A DNA stretch of 64,000 bases from Terriglobia bacterium (GCA_963758275.1 CAVWUW010000031.1:183745-247744); one strand, 5' to 3'; shown: positions 38,876 to 49,515, numbered from the stretch's first letter. The notes: generated from the letters alone by a model not told the origin. Numbers and translations are program-made.

Positions 38876-39036
38876 GCCGTAGTCAGCGAGACAGACAAAA
38901 ATCTGACTGCAATTCAAGCCTCGCTTCATGCGGGGCTTTGGTTTTGGCTGCGAGGTCGCGGGAGTTATCAAGAGATAGACAACGTACGATTTTGGCAATC
39001 GCTTGGGTTTCATCTAAACTTACTTCTTCAGCAAGC

Positions 39037-39750
39037 ATGGCCCACCTCCTCGACAATCCCACATGGACAGCGCTTACAACTCTGCAGGCCGGGTTGGCTC
39101 TGGTTGCGGGCCCTGCGCGCCGCTTCCCGCCGGATGTTTGCCCGCATGGCGCATTTTCTGAACCCACGCAGGACGCCTGGAATGCTTTATCGCGTCTGGC
39201 GCAGCAACCCGTTACCCTTTTCTCCATACACCCATTGGAAATTCCTCCGGGATGGACGATTACAAGAAGCGTGGAGCTTTATGAGATGCTTCAGGACGAT
39301 GGCGACTGGTTGCGGGAAAGCGGGCGAAACGACCTGGGCGGAAACCGGATTGAAGACCTGACTCCGGCTGATCTGCCGCAGATGACAAGCTTGTATGAGG
39401 CAACCCGGCCGGGACGCACAATCTCTCCACGCTTGCATGTCTTGGGAGGTTTTGTGGGAATAAAGCGCGAAAACCAACTCGTCGCCATGGCATGTCTGCG
39501 GCTGCATTGTCCCGGATACCGTGAAATCAGCACAGTGGCCACTCGCCCCGGACAAACCGGCCGGGGTTACGGAACGGCGCTGGTCACAGAACTGGCCCAG
39601 CGCATCCTTGACCGCGGCGAGACTCCTTTTCTTACAGTTCGGACTGACAATACGCGCGCCATTGAAATCTACCGCCGCCTGGGCTTCCGTGAGCGTATCC
39701 AACTCTATTCCACCACGCTCCGCTTTGACGGCGCTCCGGTTGCAGGATAA
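39037..39750 (+). CDS. GNAT-family N-acetyltransferase
   Basis: The C-terminal half carries the acetyl-CoA motif VATRPGQTGRGYGTALV and ends RAIEIYRRLGF. ATG 39037 is preferred over the upstream ORF-track start. Confidence 0.7.
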   Translation: MAHLLDNPTWTALTTLQAGLALVAGPARRFPPDVCPHGAFSEPTQDAWNALSRLAQQPVTLFSIHPLEIPPGWTITRSVELYEMLQDDGDWLRESGRNDLGGNRIEDLTPADLPQMTSLYEATRPGRTISPRLHVLGGFVGIKRENQLVAMACLRLHCPGYREISTVATRPGQTGRGYGTALVTELAQRILDRGETPFLTVRTDNTRAIEIYRRLGFRERIQLYSTTLRFDGAPVAG

Positions 39751-39812
39751 CCTTGCCTCCGGCCCTTGCGCCGTAAACAACTGAGTGGACATTTTTATCT
39801 TCGGTCTCACCT

Positions 39813-40361
39813 ATGAATGCAAAAAAGAAATGCCCATTGCTTTATCAAACAGAAATTATTGCCGCGTTGCTCGTTGTGGCCTTCATGAGCGTATCTCTGG
39901 TGGGGCAAAAGCCTGCAGATGACCCAGTGAAAAAGCTGGGAGCATTCCTTGGAAAATGGCAAACGGAGGGGACTTTTTCCAAGGGAGGCAAAGTGCATTC
40001 CGAGCTGGAGTGCCGCTGGTCTCCGCAAAACGGCTATCTGATTTGCGAACAGCAGGTAACCATGGGCACTGCTGTTACCCGGCAACTCACTCTATACAGC
40101 TACAACGCAAGCAAGGCTGAGTACGGCTACGCGAGTTTTCAGGGCGACGCGCTCGCGCCTTCTGTGGGAGTCATACAAATTAATGGGAGTGAATGGCTCT
40201 ACAGCTCAAGCGTGGAAAACAACGGCAAAAAGGCGCTGGTGCGCACCACGAATGAGTTTACGGATCCTAAAACGGAAGTCTTTAAAGTGATGTTGTCAGA
40301 CGACGGCGGCGTCATCTGGAAACCGGTGCTGCAAGGCGCAGCACACAAGGTAGCAGACTGA
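39813..40361 (+). CDS. Hypothetical secreted protein
   Basis: An intact 182-aa ORF with a hydrophobic N-terminal segment. I recognise no motif. Confidence 0.45.
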   Translation: MNAKKKCPLLYQTEIIAALLVVAFMSVSLVGQKPADDPVKKLGAFLGKWQTEGTFSKGGKVHSELECRWSPQNGYLICEQQVTMGTAVTRQLTLYSYNASKAEYGYASFQGDALAPSVGVIQINGSEWLYSSSVENNGKKALVRTTNEFTDPKTEVFKVMLSDDGGVIWKPVLQGAAHKVAD

Positions 40362-40368
40362 GTCACCT

Positions 40369-40770
40369 ATGCCGCCAAGAAAACCCTCGCGCAAGCCCAT
40401 GAACGGCGGGAAGCAGCCGATGTTTCCACGAATCCGGGCAACGATCCTCAAGATCCCGCGAGGCAAGGTTGCCACTTATGGAACGGTCGCCAAAGCTGCC
40501 GGATATCCCGGCGCAGCGCGCCAGGTGGTATGGGCGTTAAGGCAGTCGCACGGACTGCCGTGGCATCGAGTGCTGGCGACTGGCGGACGAATCGCTCTTC
40601 CGGGCGAGTCTGGCTTCGAGCAGCGCCTGCGCCTGGAAGCCGAAGGAGTCCAGTTCAATGGGTCGCGGGTGAACATGCAATTTTGTGAATTTTTGTTCGG
40701 AAGGAAGCCGGCGAAATCAACATCACGGGGTCAAAAAGCTTCTCCAAGTACGAAAAGTAGAAAACGATGA
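40369..40770 (+). CDS. Alkyltransferase-like protein (ATL/YbaZ type; MGMT DNA-binding domain without the acceptor Cys)
   Basis: IPRGKVATYGTVAKAAGYPGAARQVVWAL....GLPWHRV...G.I.L..........L.AEGV, with PWHRV in place of the PCHRV of active O6-alkylguanine transferases. Confidence 0.85.
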   Translation: MPPRKPSRKPMNGGKQPMFPRIRATILKIPRGKVATYGTVAKAAGYPGAARQVVWALRQSHGLPWHRVLATGGRIALPGESGFEQRLRLEAEGVQFNGSRVNMQFCEFLFGRKPAKSTSRGQKASPSTKSRKR

Positions 40771-40779
40771 GCAAGAGAA

Positions 40780-40801
40780 CAGGCCGCCTTGCAGCGGCCT
40801 G
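40780..40801. terminator. Possible bidirectional hairpin between convergent genes
   Basis: CAGGCCGC-cttgca-GCGGCCTG forms a perfect 8-bp GC-rich stem. The U-tract is weak on both strands. Confidence 0.35.
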
Positions 40802-40837
40802 GTACTTGTCAGGATGAACGGTGACACTAAATTTGAA

Positions 40838-41857
40838 TCAGGCTGCTGCGGGCGCAAGTGAACGCTGAGCCGCCTGGTGGATAAACTTCTTCATTACGTT
40901 GGCCCACATAACCTTCTTGCGGGCTGCACTTTCCTTCACATTGCGGCCCTGGGCAAACATGCCGAGCAGCGCCTTCATCTTCAGGACGCGCAAAACAGCA
41001 GATTCGGATTGGCTGATGCCATAAGAATCAAGGAAATTTTCCTGGATCTGGCTGGTGATGGAACGGTTGCAGAAAGGATATTTCTCCAGCGCTTCCACCG
41101 AGGCCAGGAATTGGGCAAGATCTTCAAAGGAATTCCCACGCCGCTTCATGCGCGCGAAGTCACAAAAGCCCACTCCGTTTTCCGTAACCACCACGTTCAG
41201 TGGAGTAAAGTCCCCCAACACGGAAGAACTGGGCAATGACTTTTTGGTGCGGGCGAGCACATTCTTCGTACCATTGAGAATTACGCTGACTGACCGCTGA
41301 TCCAGTCCTTCATCCATGCAGCTTTGGCAGAGCTTCTCCAGGGTGGTCAGGAGCGCGACACCATCGAACGGTTCCGGCATCTCCGCAGTCGCTTTATGGA
41401 AGCTCTTGAGCCACTCTCCTGCGCGACGCGCCACCAGTGCAATGCTGCCATTGTCAGCAAAGCCGGGTAGCAGAGCCGCTTTCATGATGATGGATTGCAG
41501 CGGCAATCCGGCGATCTTTTCCGTAACGACGGCGCCGAATTCGCTGAAATCACCAAGCGCTCGCGGAACGCCGCCGATCTTCTTCTTCTGTGTCGCCTGC
41601 TGCACAAACTGAAGATTGCCATTCTCCTGGCGAGCAACGGCTTTGGTATTGCCGCCACACTTCCCTGAGCGGTAAACCTTGATAGCAATACGTTCGCTGC
41701 CCTGGGCGAAGTCAGCGCTGGCGTCATAAATAAAATGGTCGTTCTTGGGAGTGTGCCCGACAACACGAAGATTCCGTAACTCACCGCGATCCGGATACAG
41801 CTCTCCCGCGCTCTCGCGCAGGCGAACAATGACCTGGTCTAAAACAGTTTCTGGCAT
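40838..41857 (-). CDS. Kinase-like phosphotransferase (APH/protein-kinase-like fold)
   Basis: 339 aa. LGDFTPLNVVVTENGVGFCDF resembles the HGD..N...(I)DF catalytic and Mg-binding loops of the APH family. Confidence 0.55.
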   Translation of the reverse strand: MPETVLDQVIVRLRESAGELYPDRGELRNLRVVGHTPKNDHFIYDASADFAQGSERIAIKVYRSGKCGGNTKAVARQENGNLQFVQQATQKKKIGGVPRALGDFSEFGAVVTEKIAGLPLQSIIMKAALLPGFADNGSIALVARRAGEWLKSFHKATAEMPEPFDGVALLTTLEKLCQSCMDEGLDQRSVSVILNGTKNVLARTKKSLPSSSVLGDFTPLNVVVTENGVGFCDFARMKRRGNSFEDLAQFLASVEALEKYPFCNRSITSQIQENFLDSYGISQSESAVLRVLKMKALLGMFAQGRNVKESAARKKVMWANVMKKFIHQAAQRSLAPAAA

Positions 41858-42106
41858 TCCTGCTCCTGACTTTTTGATGTATCTGCCGCGCTTCCTGGAA
41901 ACGCGAAATGAGAGTGGCGACCCAGATACACAATACTCCGCCTTAATCAGTGTTGCAGTTTGGGTGCCACACTCGTTACGTGATCTCCTTGTAAGTTGTG
42001 CAAGGGCATGCAGTTACAAGAAAGACAACAAGGAGAAGAATTTACCCTGTGAATTAACGTACCTACATTCGGCAGATGAAGTCTGAGATGTTCCGCTTAG
42101 TTACTC

Positions 42107-42703
42107 TTAGTAAAACAGATATTTGCGCCACTTCAGATCGGAACGTCCAATCATCCGCATGATGTGCCGGCTGGTGTGCAGCGTGAAGGGCCGCGGCTCC
42201 TTCAGCAGCTTCATGTCCGTTTCGGTCAAAAGATGGTTTCCCTTCCGCCGATTGCAAGGATGGCAGCAGGCAACCAGATTTTCCCAGGTTGAAGAGCCCC
42301 CGCGGGAGCGCGGAACAACATGGTCCAGCGTCAATTCTCCCGACGAAAGCAAAATCCCGCAGTACTGGCAGGTGTTGCGGTCGCGCAACAGGATGTTCTT
42401 GCGTGATAAGGCGCGGGTCTGGTGCGGAATGCGGCGGTATTCCAGCAACCGGATCACGGATGGAACACGCATGGCCACGCGCGCGGCGTGCAGCAGATGC
42501 CCGTTCTCCTCTTCCGGCATGGCCAGGCCCTTAAGCACCAGGACAATGGCTCGCCGGGCGGCACAGATGTTGATGGGCTCGTAGGACGCATTGAGCACCA
42601 GCACGGGAGTCTGCATAAGCAGGTTTTTGCGCGGCGCAGGCGGCGGTTCCTGCGGCAGTTCAGAGTGATGGCGCTTGTTTCGTGCCCTGTCCCGTTCCTG
42701 CAT
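42107..42703 (-). CDS. HNH endonuclease
   Basis: Motif CQYCG...[33 protein letters not shown]. The start is placed at the Met just downstream of the comF stop, with the Met at 42616 as an alternative. The ORF-track start at 42832 overlaps comF. Confidence 0.85.
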   Translation of the reverse strand: MQERDRARNKRHHSELPQEPPPAPRKNLLMQTPVLVLNASYEPINICAARRAIVLVLKGLAMPEEENGHLLHAARVAMRVPSVIRLLEYRRIPHQTRALSRKNILLRDRNTCQYCGILLSSGELTLDHVVPRSRGGSSTWENLVACCHPCNRRKGNHLLTETDMKLLKEPRPFTLHTSRHIMRMIGRSDLKWRKYLFY

Positions 42704-42720
42704 GGCCCTTGGTTTCCTCT

Positions 42721-43479
42721 CTACTGAGCGATGGCGGCAAAGACCTGCCCGCTCTGTACTTCTTTGGTGGCCCGCGCTACCGTGGCCACAAAAACTTCTT
42801 TTGCTCCCGCTCGCAGGAGCACCCGCGCACATTCGCCTGCGGTTGTTCCGGTAGTCATAACATCATCGATCAATAAAATGCTTCGCCCCTGGATCGCCTC
42901 ACGCCGGACCACGGCAAATGCTCCGCGGACATTAGCGCGACGCTGATGGCGCGTGAGTCCGGTCTGGGAGGCAGTCTCCCGCTGGCGAACCAGAGAAGTG
43001 GTATCTAATTGGATGCGTGTAGAAGCTGTCCGGCTAACCAGCGCACGCGCAATCTCTTCCGCCTGGTTAAAACCACGCGCCCGGCGCTTGCCACTCCAAA
43101 GGGGCACGGGGATAATCAGCAGGCCCTCCGGCAAAGTGGTGTCAGCTAGTACCCCGTTGAGCAACTTTCCCAGAAATCGTGCCGCCGGCTTGATGTGGTG
43201 ATACTTCAAAAGATGAACAAGGTCGCGCAGCGGACCGGCATAGGCTCCGTAGGAAATTGCCTTCCGATACGGCGGCGCTGCACGGCGGCAGAGCCCACAA
43301 AGAGGTAGCAGCTCAGTTGAATGTTCACCGGTAAACAACTTCTCGCCGCAAGTTCGGCACAGAACTCCATTTAAAGGAGTTATCGCGGCAACGCATGAAT
43401 CACAGACTGGGAGCGCAGAAATATTGGTAAGAGGAAGATGGCAGATGCGGCAGTCGGAGGGAAACAGGACACAGAACAA
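42721..43479 (-). CDS. comF: ComF-family protein (phosphoribosyltransferase domain with N-terminal Cys-rich zinc finger)
   Basis: N-terminal CRICH...CDSC...CRTCG...CGLC, plus the PRTase loop [16 protein letters not shown]. Confidence 0.85.
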   Translation of the reverse strand: MFCVLFPSDCRICHLPLTNISALPVCDSCVAAITPLNGVLCRTCGEKLFTGEHSTELLPLCGLCRRAAPPYRKAISYGAYAGPLRDLVHLLKYHHIKPAARFLGKLLNGVLADTTLPEGLLIIPVPLWSGKRRARGFNQAEEIARALVSRTASTRIQLDTTSLVRQRETASQTGLTRHQRRANVRGAFAVVRREAIQGRSILLIDDVMTTGTTAGECARVLLRAGAKEVFVATVARATKEVQSGQVFAAIAQ

Positions 43480-43876
43480 GCTTTCAGCCGCGGACTTCAG
43501 TGTCCTCTGCGCCCGGCTTAGGTCACCACTACTGAAGACGCCCCTCCTTGGAAACTCCGACCAGGAAGTACTTGTGGGCTAAGTATAGCTTGGGTGTTCG
43601 TCCGGAAGCAATGAAATGTGTGTTAAACCAAGCACCGGTGATCGTCGACATTCGCGGGATCGCCGTGAGTGGAATGTGGTTGCTGTTCCCTCCCGCGCCT
43701 CGCTGCTTCCACCACCAATTGAGCACGACGGACATAGCCCATAAAGAGGAACCTGTGGATTGAAAGTATGGGAAGGGTTCACTCACCAGGCTCGGGATTA
43801 GAAGCCAATTTGTAATGCTGGCTGCGATGTGCTAACTTGCGTCGAATCAGCGCACTATCCACACAAGGAGAAAACT

Positions 43877-46106
43877 GTGGCCGAAACACGAGAAGCCATT
43901 AACCTTGAAACAAAGTTTCAGCCGTATGTACCGGCAGATGAGATTCGGCCGGAATTTACATTGCGTGCCATCTTCTTTGGCGGCCTTTTCGGCATTCTGT
44001 TCGGCGCAGTCACGGTGTATGTGGGTTTGCGCGCGGGATTGACGGTCTCCGCTTCTATTCCGATCGCCGTTCTCTCCATCAGTGTTCTGCGCGCCATGGG
44101 TAAGGCGAGCATTCTGGAAAACAATATCGTGCAGACCACCGGTTCGGCCGGTGAGTCGGTGGCCGGCGGTGTGATCTTCACCCTGCCCGCGCTCATCTTT
44201 CTGGGCTTTCCATTGGAATATGCCCGCATCTTCCTCCTGGCGTTCATTGGTGGATGGCTCGGCGTGCTGTTCATGATCCCGTTGCGCCGGCAATTGATTG
44301 TGAAAGAGCACGGCAACCTTCTTTATCCTGAGGGCACGGCGTGCGCGGATGTGCTGATCGCAGGCGATAAGGGCGGATCGTTTGCCGGCCGCGTCTTCGC
44401 CGGACTGGGGCTGGGAGCGCTGTACACGCTATTCCAGAACGAAAACATGTTTGCGCTCTGGCCAAGCACGCCGACATATACGCCATCGTGGTTCTCAGGG
44501 TCGTCGATCCGAGCCAACACGACCTCTGAATATCTGGGTGTGGGATACATCATTGGTCCGCGCATCGCCGGAGTGATTTTTTCAGGCGGCGTTTTTGCCT
44601 GGCTGGTAGTAATGCCCGCTATCAAATTCTTCGGGTCACATGTGACGGGCGCGATCTTTCCTGGAACTATTCCCATTTCCCAGATGAGTCCCTGATCAAC
44701 TCTACGGCGCGTATATCCGACCCATGGGGGCCGGAGCGGTGGCAGCGGCAGGATTGATTACTCTGCTGCGTACGATTCCCACGATTGTTGGCGCATTGCG
44801 AGCTGGAATGAAAGATCTGGCTGCGGGGGCGGCTGGAGTTGCCGGCCAGCGCCGCACTGAAAGGGATATCAACCTGAAATGGGCGCTCTTGGGAGCCGTC
44901 GTTCTTATGGTCATCATGTGGGGCCTGCTGACCTTCTTCCCCATTAAGAACGCAGAGACCCACGGACTCAACAATATTTTTGCCGCCGTGCTGGTGGTGA
45001 TCTTCGGTTTCTTGTTTGTGACCGTGTCTTCCCGCATCACTGGGCTGATCGGCAGCTCTTCAAATCCAATCTCTGGGATGGCCATTGCCACGCTGATGGC
45101 GACCTGCGCCATGTTCCTGGTTATGGGCTGGACCGCTACAGCGTATTCGGCTCTTGCTATCACGATTGGCGGCGTGGTGTGTATCGCTTCGGCGAATGCC
45201 GGCAACACCTCTCAGGATCTGAAAACAGGCTTCCTCGTAGGCGCCACACCTGCGAAACAGCAGCTTGGACTGATGGTAGGCGCCACGGTTTCAGTATTTG
45301 CCATTGGCTTGACCCTGGGTCTGATGAACACGGCATTGGAGGAGTTCCGTCCGGCAAACATTGCCATTGATGTGAATAACCTGCCTACAGGGGTAACTCC
45401 ATATTCGGGCAAGTTCGATCGGCAGATGGTTCCTGTGGGGCAGGCCAAAGGACCTGACGCGCAGGCGTCGCCGGCAACGCAGGCGGAGTCTGTGAAGGGC
45501 ATGGCTCTTTATACGTCCATCAATTCACCGACAGTCCCGAACGGTTACTACTTCTACAACCCGCAGACGCAGAAATTTGAAATCCAGTGGATCCAGGGCA
45601 TAGGCAGCGCGCGAGCAGCTGCTCCGCAGGCCCAGCTCATGGCAACCGTTATTAATGGCATCCTCCAGCGCCGCCTGCCGTGGGGACTCATTCTGCTTGG
45701 CGTGTTCCTGGTGATTGCGGTTGAGCTGCTGGGCATTCGTTCGCTTTCTTTCGCTGTGGGTTTCTACCTTTCTATTGCCACAACGCTGGCCATTTTTGCC
45801 GGTGGCGTAGTCCGCTGGATTGTGGAATACAGCGCCAAGCGCGCGGGAGAAAAAGTGGAAGAGAGCGAAGTGAGCCCGGGAGCGCTTTATTCCAGCGGTT
45901 TGATCGCCGCGGGCGGCATCGTGGGACTGGCGGGCATGGTGATCAAGGTCATGGAGGCCAAGGGCTGGCTGCCGGAGAACTCTATTGCCTGGGGCCAGAA
46001 AATACCCGCTCTGGCCAACAGCAATGTGCTTGCCGTGATCATGTTCTGCGTCCTGGGCTATTCGCTCTATTACTTCGCGCGTAAGCCGCTGCAGACGGAA
46101 AAATAG
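43877..46106 (+). pseudogene. OPT-family oligopeptide transporter, split into two ORFs by a 1-nt frame disruption at about 44693
   Basis: The GTG start follows AAGGAG. EFTLRAIFFGGLFGILFGAVTVYVGLRAGLTVSASIP and ENNIVQTTGSAGESVAGGVIFTLPAL are typical OPT motifs. The first frame stops at ...ISQMSP-TGA (44693-44695). The +1 frame continues as PDQLYGAYIRPMGAGAVAAAGLITLLRT..., the expected next OPT segment. Confidence 0.85.
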
Positions 46107-46147
46107 ATTCGCGGCTTCGCGCCACCCAGATCGGAAGTTCAGGAACC

Positions 46148-46852
46148 ATGTCCATCGCAGAAAACATCGCGCAGGTTCGCGCGCGCATTGCCGCAGCAGC
46201 GGCACGCGTGCGACGCCGCGTTGAAGACATTACGCTGATGACGGTGAGCAAGACCGTGGAGCCGGAGCGGATTCGCGAGGCTTACGCAGCGGGGTTGCGA
46301 GTATTCGGCGAGAATCGGGTACAAGAATTCGAGAAAAAGGCCCCAGCGCTTGCCGATCTGAAGGAAGCCGAGTGGCACCTGATTGGCCACCTGCAAAGCA
46401 ATAAAGCCAAAAAAACTGTGGAGATTTTTCAGGCAGTGGACAGTGTGGATTCCCTTCATCTCGCCCAGAAGCTGAATGATACGGCAAGGCAAATGGGGAA
46501 GGTGCTGCCCGTGCTGATTGAGATCAAAGTAAGCGACGAGGAGAGCAAGTCCGGCATTCCGGTGGGATCGCCGGAAATGGAGAATTTACTGGCGGGCGCG
46601 GCCAAATTGGACCACATCCGGGTGCGCGGGGTGATGACCGTTCCTCCGTTTACTGAAGATCCGGAAGGCGCTCGCGTTTTCTTCCGCCTGCTGCGCGATT
46701 GCCGCGACCAGATTGCTGCGCGCAGGCTGCCTCGCATTGAAATGAACGTCCTTTCCATGGGCATGTCGCACGATTTTGAAGTCGCCATTGAAGAGGGATC
46801 GACCTGCGTGCGGGTCGGTACGGCGATTTTCGGGGCCAGGCCAAAACCGTGA
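46148..46852 (+). CDS. yggS: YggS-family pyridoxal-phosphate homeostasis protein
   Basis: Shows LMTVSKT (PLP Lys), FGENRVQE, WHLIGHLQSNK and LSMGMSHDF. Confidence 0.9.
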   Translation: MSIAENIAQVRARIAAAAARVRRRVEDITLMTVSKTVEPERIREAYAAGLRVFGENRVQEFEKKAPALADLKEAEWHLIGHLQSNKAKKTVEIFQAVDSVDSLHLAQKLNDTARQMGKVLPVLIEIKVSDEESKSGIPVGSPEMENLLAGAAKLDHIRVRGVMTVPPFTEDPEGARVFFRLLRDCRDQIAARRLPRIEMNVLSMGMSHDFEVAIEEGSTCVRVGTAIFGARPKP

Positions 46853-47199
46853 AAACGACGGACCGTATCTTTGCCTGCATCCTGCTGCTGCTCGGGTGCG
46901 TGCACTGCGCCCTGACCTTTGCGGTGCACAAGATCTTTACCCTCGAGGCGATCTGGTTTGTTAGCGGCGGCCTGGTCCTGATTTTTGGCGCGTTGCTGAA
47001 CCTGGTGCGCATTGCCAGGCCGGATGACAAGCTGCTCGCCCGGGCCAGCGCGCTCGCCAATCTGCTCTTGTTCGCCCTGTTCGGGATCGCAATGCCATGG
47101 CTGCTGCACCGTCATCTAAAACAGAATCCGCAGGTGATTGTGGTCGCCATCGCGGTCGCAGCGGAGTTCGGTTTCTCGCTAACGCAATGTTCCCGGTAA
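46849..47199 (+). CDS. Small integral membrane protein (hypothetical)
   Basis: The GTG start overlaps the yggS stop (GTGA). Three to four hydrophobic helices. Confidence 0.5.
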   Translation: MKTTDRIFACILLLLGCVHCALTFAVHKIFTLEAIWFVSGGLVLIFGALLNLVRIARPDDKLLARASALANLLLFALFGIAMPWLLHRHLKQNPQVIVVAIAVAAEFGFSLTQCSR

Positions 47200-47483
47200 A
47201 CGAAACCGCGAAAGGCGCAACTTTCGCCGTCAAGGTCCAACCTCGCGCGCGCAAAAACGCCATTACGGGAATTGTTGGTAATGCCCTGAAGCTGGCGTTG
47301 ACCGCGCCGCCGGTGGAAGGCAAGGCCAATCAGGCAGTGATTGAATTCTTTGCCGATTTTTTTGAAATTCCCCGCTCCTCGGTTAGCATAGCCAGCGGCG
47401 AAACCAGCCGAAACAAGTTGATACGGGTGAGCGGAATCAGCGCGCAGCATGTTCGCGAGCGCCTTGCTGCCGCGCAACCCTGA
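47187..47483 (+). CDS. yggU: DUF167 (YggU) family protein
   Basis: FAVKVQPRARKNAI.G..G..LKLALTAPPVEGKANQAVIEFFADFF......V.I.SGETSRNK is the family signature. Confidence 0.85.
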   Translation: MFPVNETAKGATFAVKVQPRARKNAITGIVGNALKLALTAPPVEGKANQAVIEFFADFFEIPRSSVSIASGETSRNKLIRVSGISAQHVRERLAAAQP

Positions 47484-47499
47484 TTTACAGGAGAAACCT

Positions 47500-48792
47500 T
47501 TGTCTTTCTCACAACGCCTGCAGGAAGTACGGACGGGATTTGAGCGGCCGTTCTGGGTCGCAAACGTTACGGAATTGTTTGAGCGGCTTTCCTACTACGC
47601 GGCGTTTGCCGTAATCGTGCGTTATCTGCATGAGAACCTCAAATTCTCCACCACAGAGGCAGGGACCCTGGCAGGGCAGTTCGGCACATGGGTGTGGGTG
47701 CTGGCGATCTTTGGCGGCACAGTTGCAGATCGTCTGGGCTTTCGGCGAGCGCTGTCTCTCGCCTACCTGATCTTAACGGCGGCATATTTCACCATGGGAT
47801 CTCTGGGAGCGAACTGGCTGGCGCCGGTGCGGAATGCACTCCCGCTGGCGGTTTTTGTCACGATTGTCATGGTCCTGCCGGCTCTCGGTATTGCCATGGT
47901 GAAACCGTGCGTGGTGGGGACCACGGCGCGGGCCTCGCAGGAAAATGTCAGGTCTCTGGGATATTCCATCTATTACACTCTGGTAAACATCGGTGGTGCA
48001 GCCGGGCCTTTGACCGCTTCATGGGTCCAGGGCCACATGAGTGTTGAGAATGTTTTTCGTGTGGCGGCTGTCAGCGTTTTCATCATGTTCTTTGGTGTGC
48101 TCCTGCTCTTCAAAGAGCCAAAGAAGGCGGGTGAAGTTCAGGTCACCAGCATCGCCCAGACCGTCAGCAATTTCGGCACTGTGGTTTCGAATCCGAAGTT
48201 CATGCTGTTCATAGCGATTTTCTCCGGATACTGGATTGTCTACTGGCAGGAGTTTTTGAGCCTGCCCATCTATGTTCACGACTACGTGAACCCGAATACC
48301 GATACCGCCCGGATGCTCACGACAGGTCCGATCCTGGTGATCAGTCTGACAGTTGCCATCAGCATTATGTTGCGCAAAATGCCAGCGTTCCGGGCCATTA
48401 CGCTGGGCACGCTGGTATCAGCCCTGGCATGGTTATGGTTGATCTTCCACCCCAGTGTGCTTTCTGCTTATCTCACGCTGGCTGTTGTCGCGCTGGGCGA
48501 GATCATTCTTTCACCTCGATATTACGAATACGTCTCTCTGCTCGCCCCGTCCGGACAGCAGGGAACATACATGGGATTTGCCTTCCTACCCATTGGAATC
48601 GGAGCATTCATCGGCGGGCCGTTGGGTGGGGCTCTGTTGCACCATTTTGGCGAGGTGCAGCACCGGCCCGCCCTCTTCTGGTGGTGTTTCACCGCAATTG
48701 GCGTGGCAACGGCGGTTCTGCTTTGGATCTACGACAGAGTATTTAAGCCCTCGGCGGAACAGGCGGGCGGAGCTGTGGCAAAGGTGGCATAG
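47500..48792 (+). CDS. MFS transporter of the POT/PTR2 (proton-dependent oligopeptide transporter) type
   Basis: A TTG start lies 6 nt after AGGAG. The N-terminal FWVANVTELFERLSYYAAFAVIVRYL resembles the POT signature ExxERFxYYG. The protein is multi-pass. The ORF-track start at 47449 overlaps yggU. Confidence 0.8.
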   Translation: MSFSQRLQEVRTGFERPFWVANVTELFERLSYYAAFAVIVRYLHENLKFSTTEAGTLAGQFGTWVWVLAIFGGTVADRLGFRRALSLAYLILTAAYFTMGSLGANWLAPVRNALPLAVFVTIVMVLPALGIAMVKPCVVGTTARASQENVRSLGYSIYYTLVNIGGAAGPLTASWVQGHMSVENVFRVAAVSVFIMFFGVLLLFKEPKKAGEVQVTSIAQTVSNFGTVVSNPKFMLFIAIFSGYWIVYWQEFLSLPIYVHDYVNPNTDTARMLTTGPILVISLTVAISIMLRKMPAFRAITLGTLVSALAWLWLIFHPSVLSAYLTLAVVALGEIILSPRYYEYVSLLAPSGQQGTYMGFAFLPIGIGAFIGGPLGGALLHHFGEVQHRPALFWWCFTAIGVATAVLLWIYDRVFKPSAEQAGGAVAKVA

Positions 48793-48921
48793 CAATCCTG
48801 AATCACCAGCCATACTGGGCAGTTCCGGATTGATGCTCCAGAAAACAAAAGCAGATCCTCCCTGATCGAGGGTGCGAAATCCCAACGGTCAAAACAATTT
48901 CGGCAGCGATCAAATCCGCGC

Positions 48922-49338
48922 CTAGTCGAACTCGACCGATGGGTAGGCCTCAACGTAGTCCTCTCCGTTGCAGCCATAATAGACAACGTTTCGCGCCGTA
49001 AAATTCACTTCATAGCGGAGGACTCCCGCGCGCCATGACGCGGCCAGAAACTCGGGGAACGTGCTTTCCCCGGCCTGATCGCTTCGCAACGCTCGTATCA
49101 GGGCATCGCGGTCGAATGCGGGTACGTCCACTACACCGGAGATCAAAGGAGTTGACTGGGCCACCACCGGCCCCTCGTCCGTCAAGTAGAGACTTAGGCA
49201 CGCGGGCAAGAACCAGATGTTTTTCTTTACGCCTGCACGCCGCAGTGTTTCGGCCAGATAGGGAAAGCCGCCGGCCTTGGGCCGGATTGCCATCGCCCGT
49301 TTTTGGGCAGCTTCCAGATTCTCTGTTGCTTTGCTCAT
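48922..49338 (-). CDS. DUF1398-family protein
   Basis: The ATG follows AAAGGAG. The GGFPYLAETLRRAGV ... TFPEFLAASWRAGVLRYEVNF..R.VVYYG pattern matches the family. Confidence 0.65.
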   Translation of the reverse strand: MSKATENLEAAQKRAMAIRPKAGGFPYLAETLRRAGVKKNIWFLPACLSLYLTDEGPVVAQSTPLISGVVDVPAFDRDALIRALRSDQAGESTFPEFLAASWRAGVLRYEVNFTARNVVYYGCNGEDYVEAYPSVEFD

Positions 49339-49515
49339 GGAGTCTCTTTCTCCTTTTTGTAATTTACTCCATCGCAGCTCCACGACGGGGACAGGCCCAG
49401 CAACGGATGATAATCAGCAATGTGGCTTGAAATCTGAATGACATTACCACATTCGCAAGCACCAAATTACGCATGGGGAAGCTTGAGTGTGATTTAATAG
49501 AGTATTCACACCTCC

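Noticed and set aside
43480-43876. A non-coding gap of about 400 bp between comF and the OPT transporter, checked for a structured RNA. A GTCCGGAAGCA segment recalls the SRP-RNA GGAA tetraloop region.
   Set aside because: The bases flanking the GGAA do not pair as in SRP RNA, and the conserved AGCAGCC partner is absent in the right orientation. I also saw no tmRNA, RNase P or riboswitch hallmarks. No call can be made without covariance-model searches.
44685-44700. Programmed +1 ribosomal frameshifting at CCC-UGA in the OPT transporter.
   Set aside because: There is no SD-like stimulator at the spacing seen in prfB-type sites, and no reason to expect regulation of a transporter this way. It is kept only as a minor alternative in the finding.
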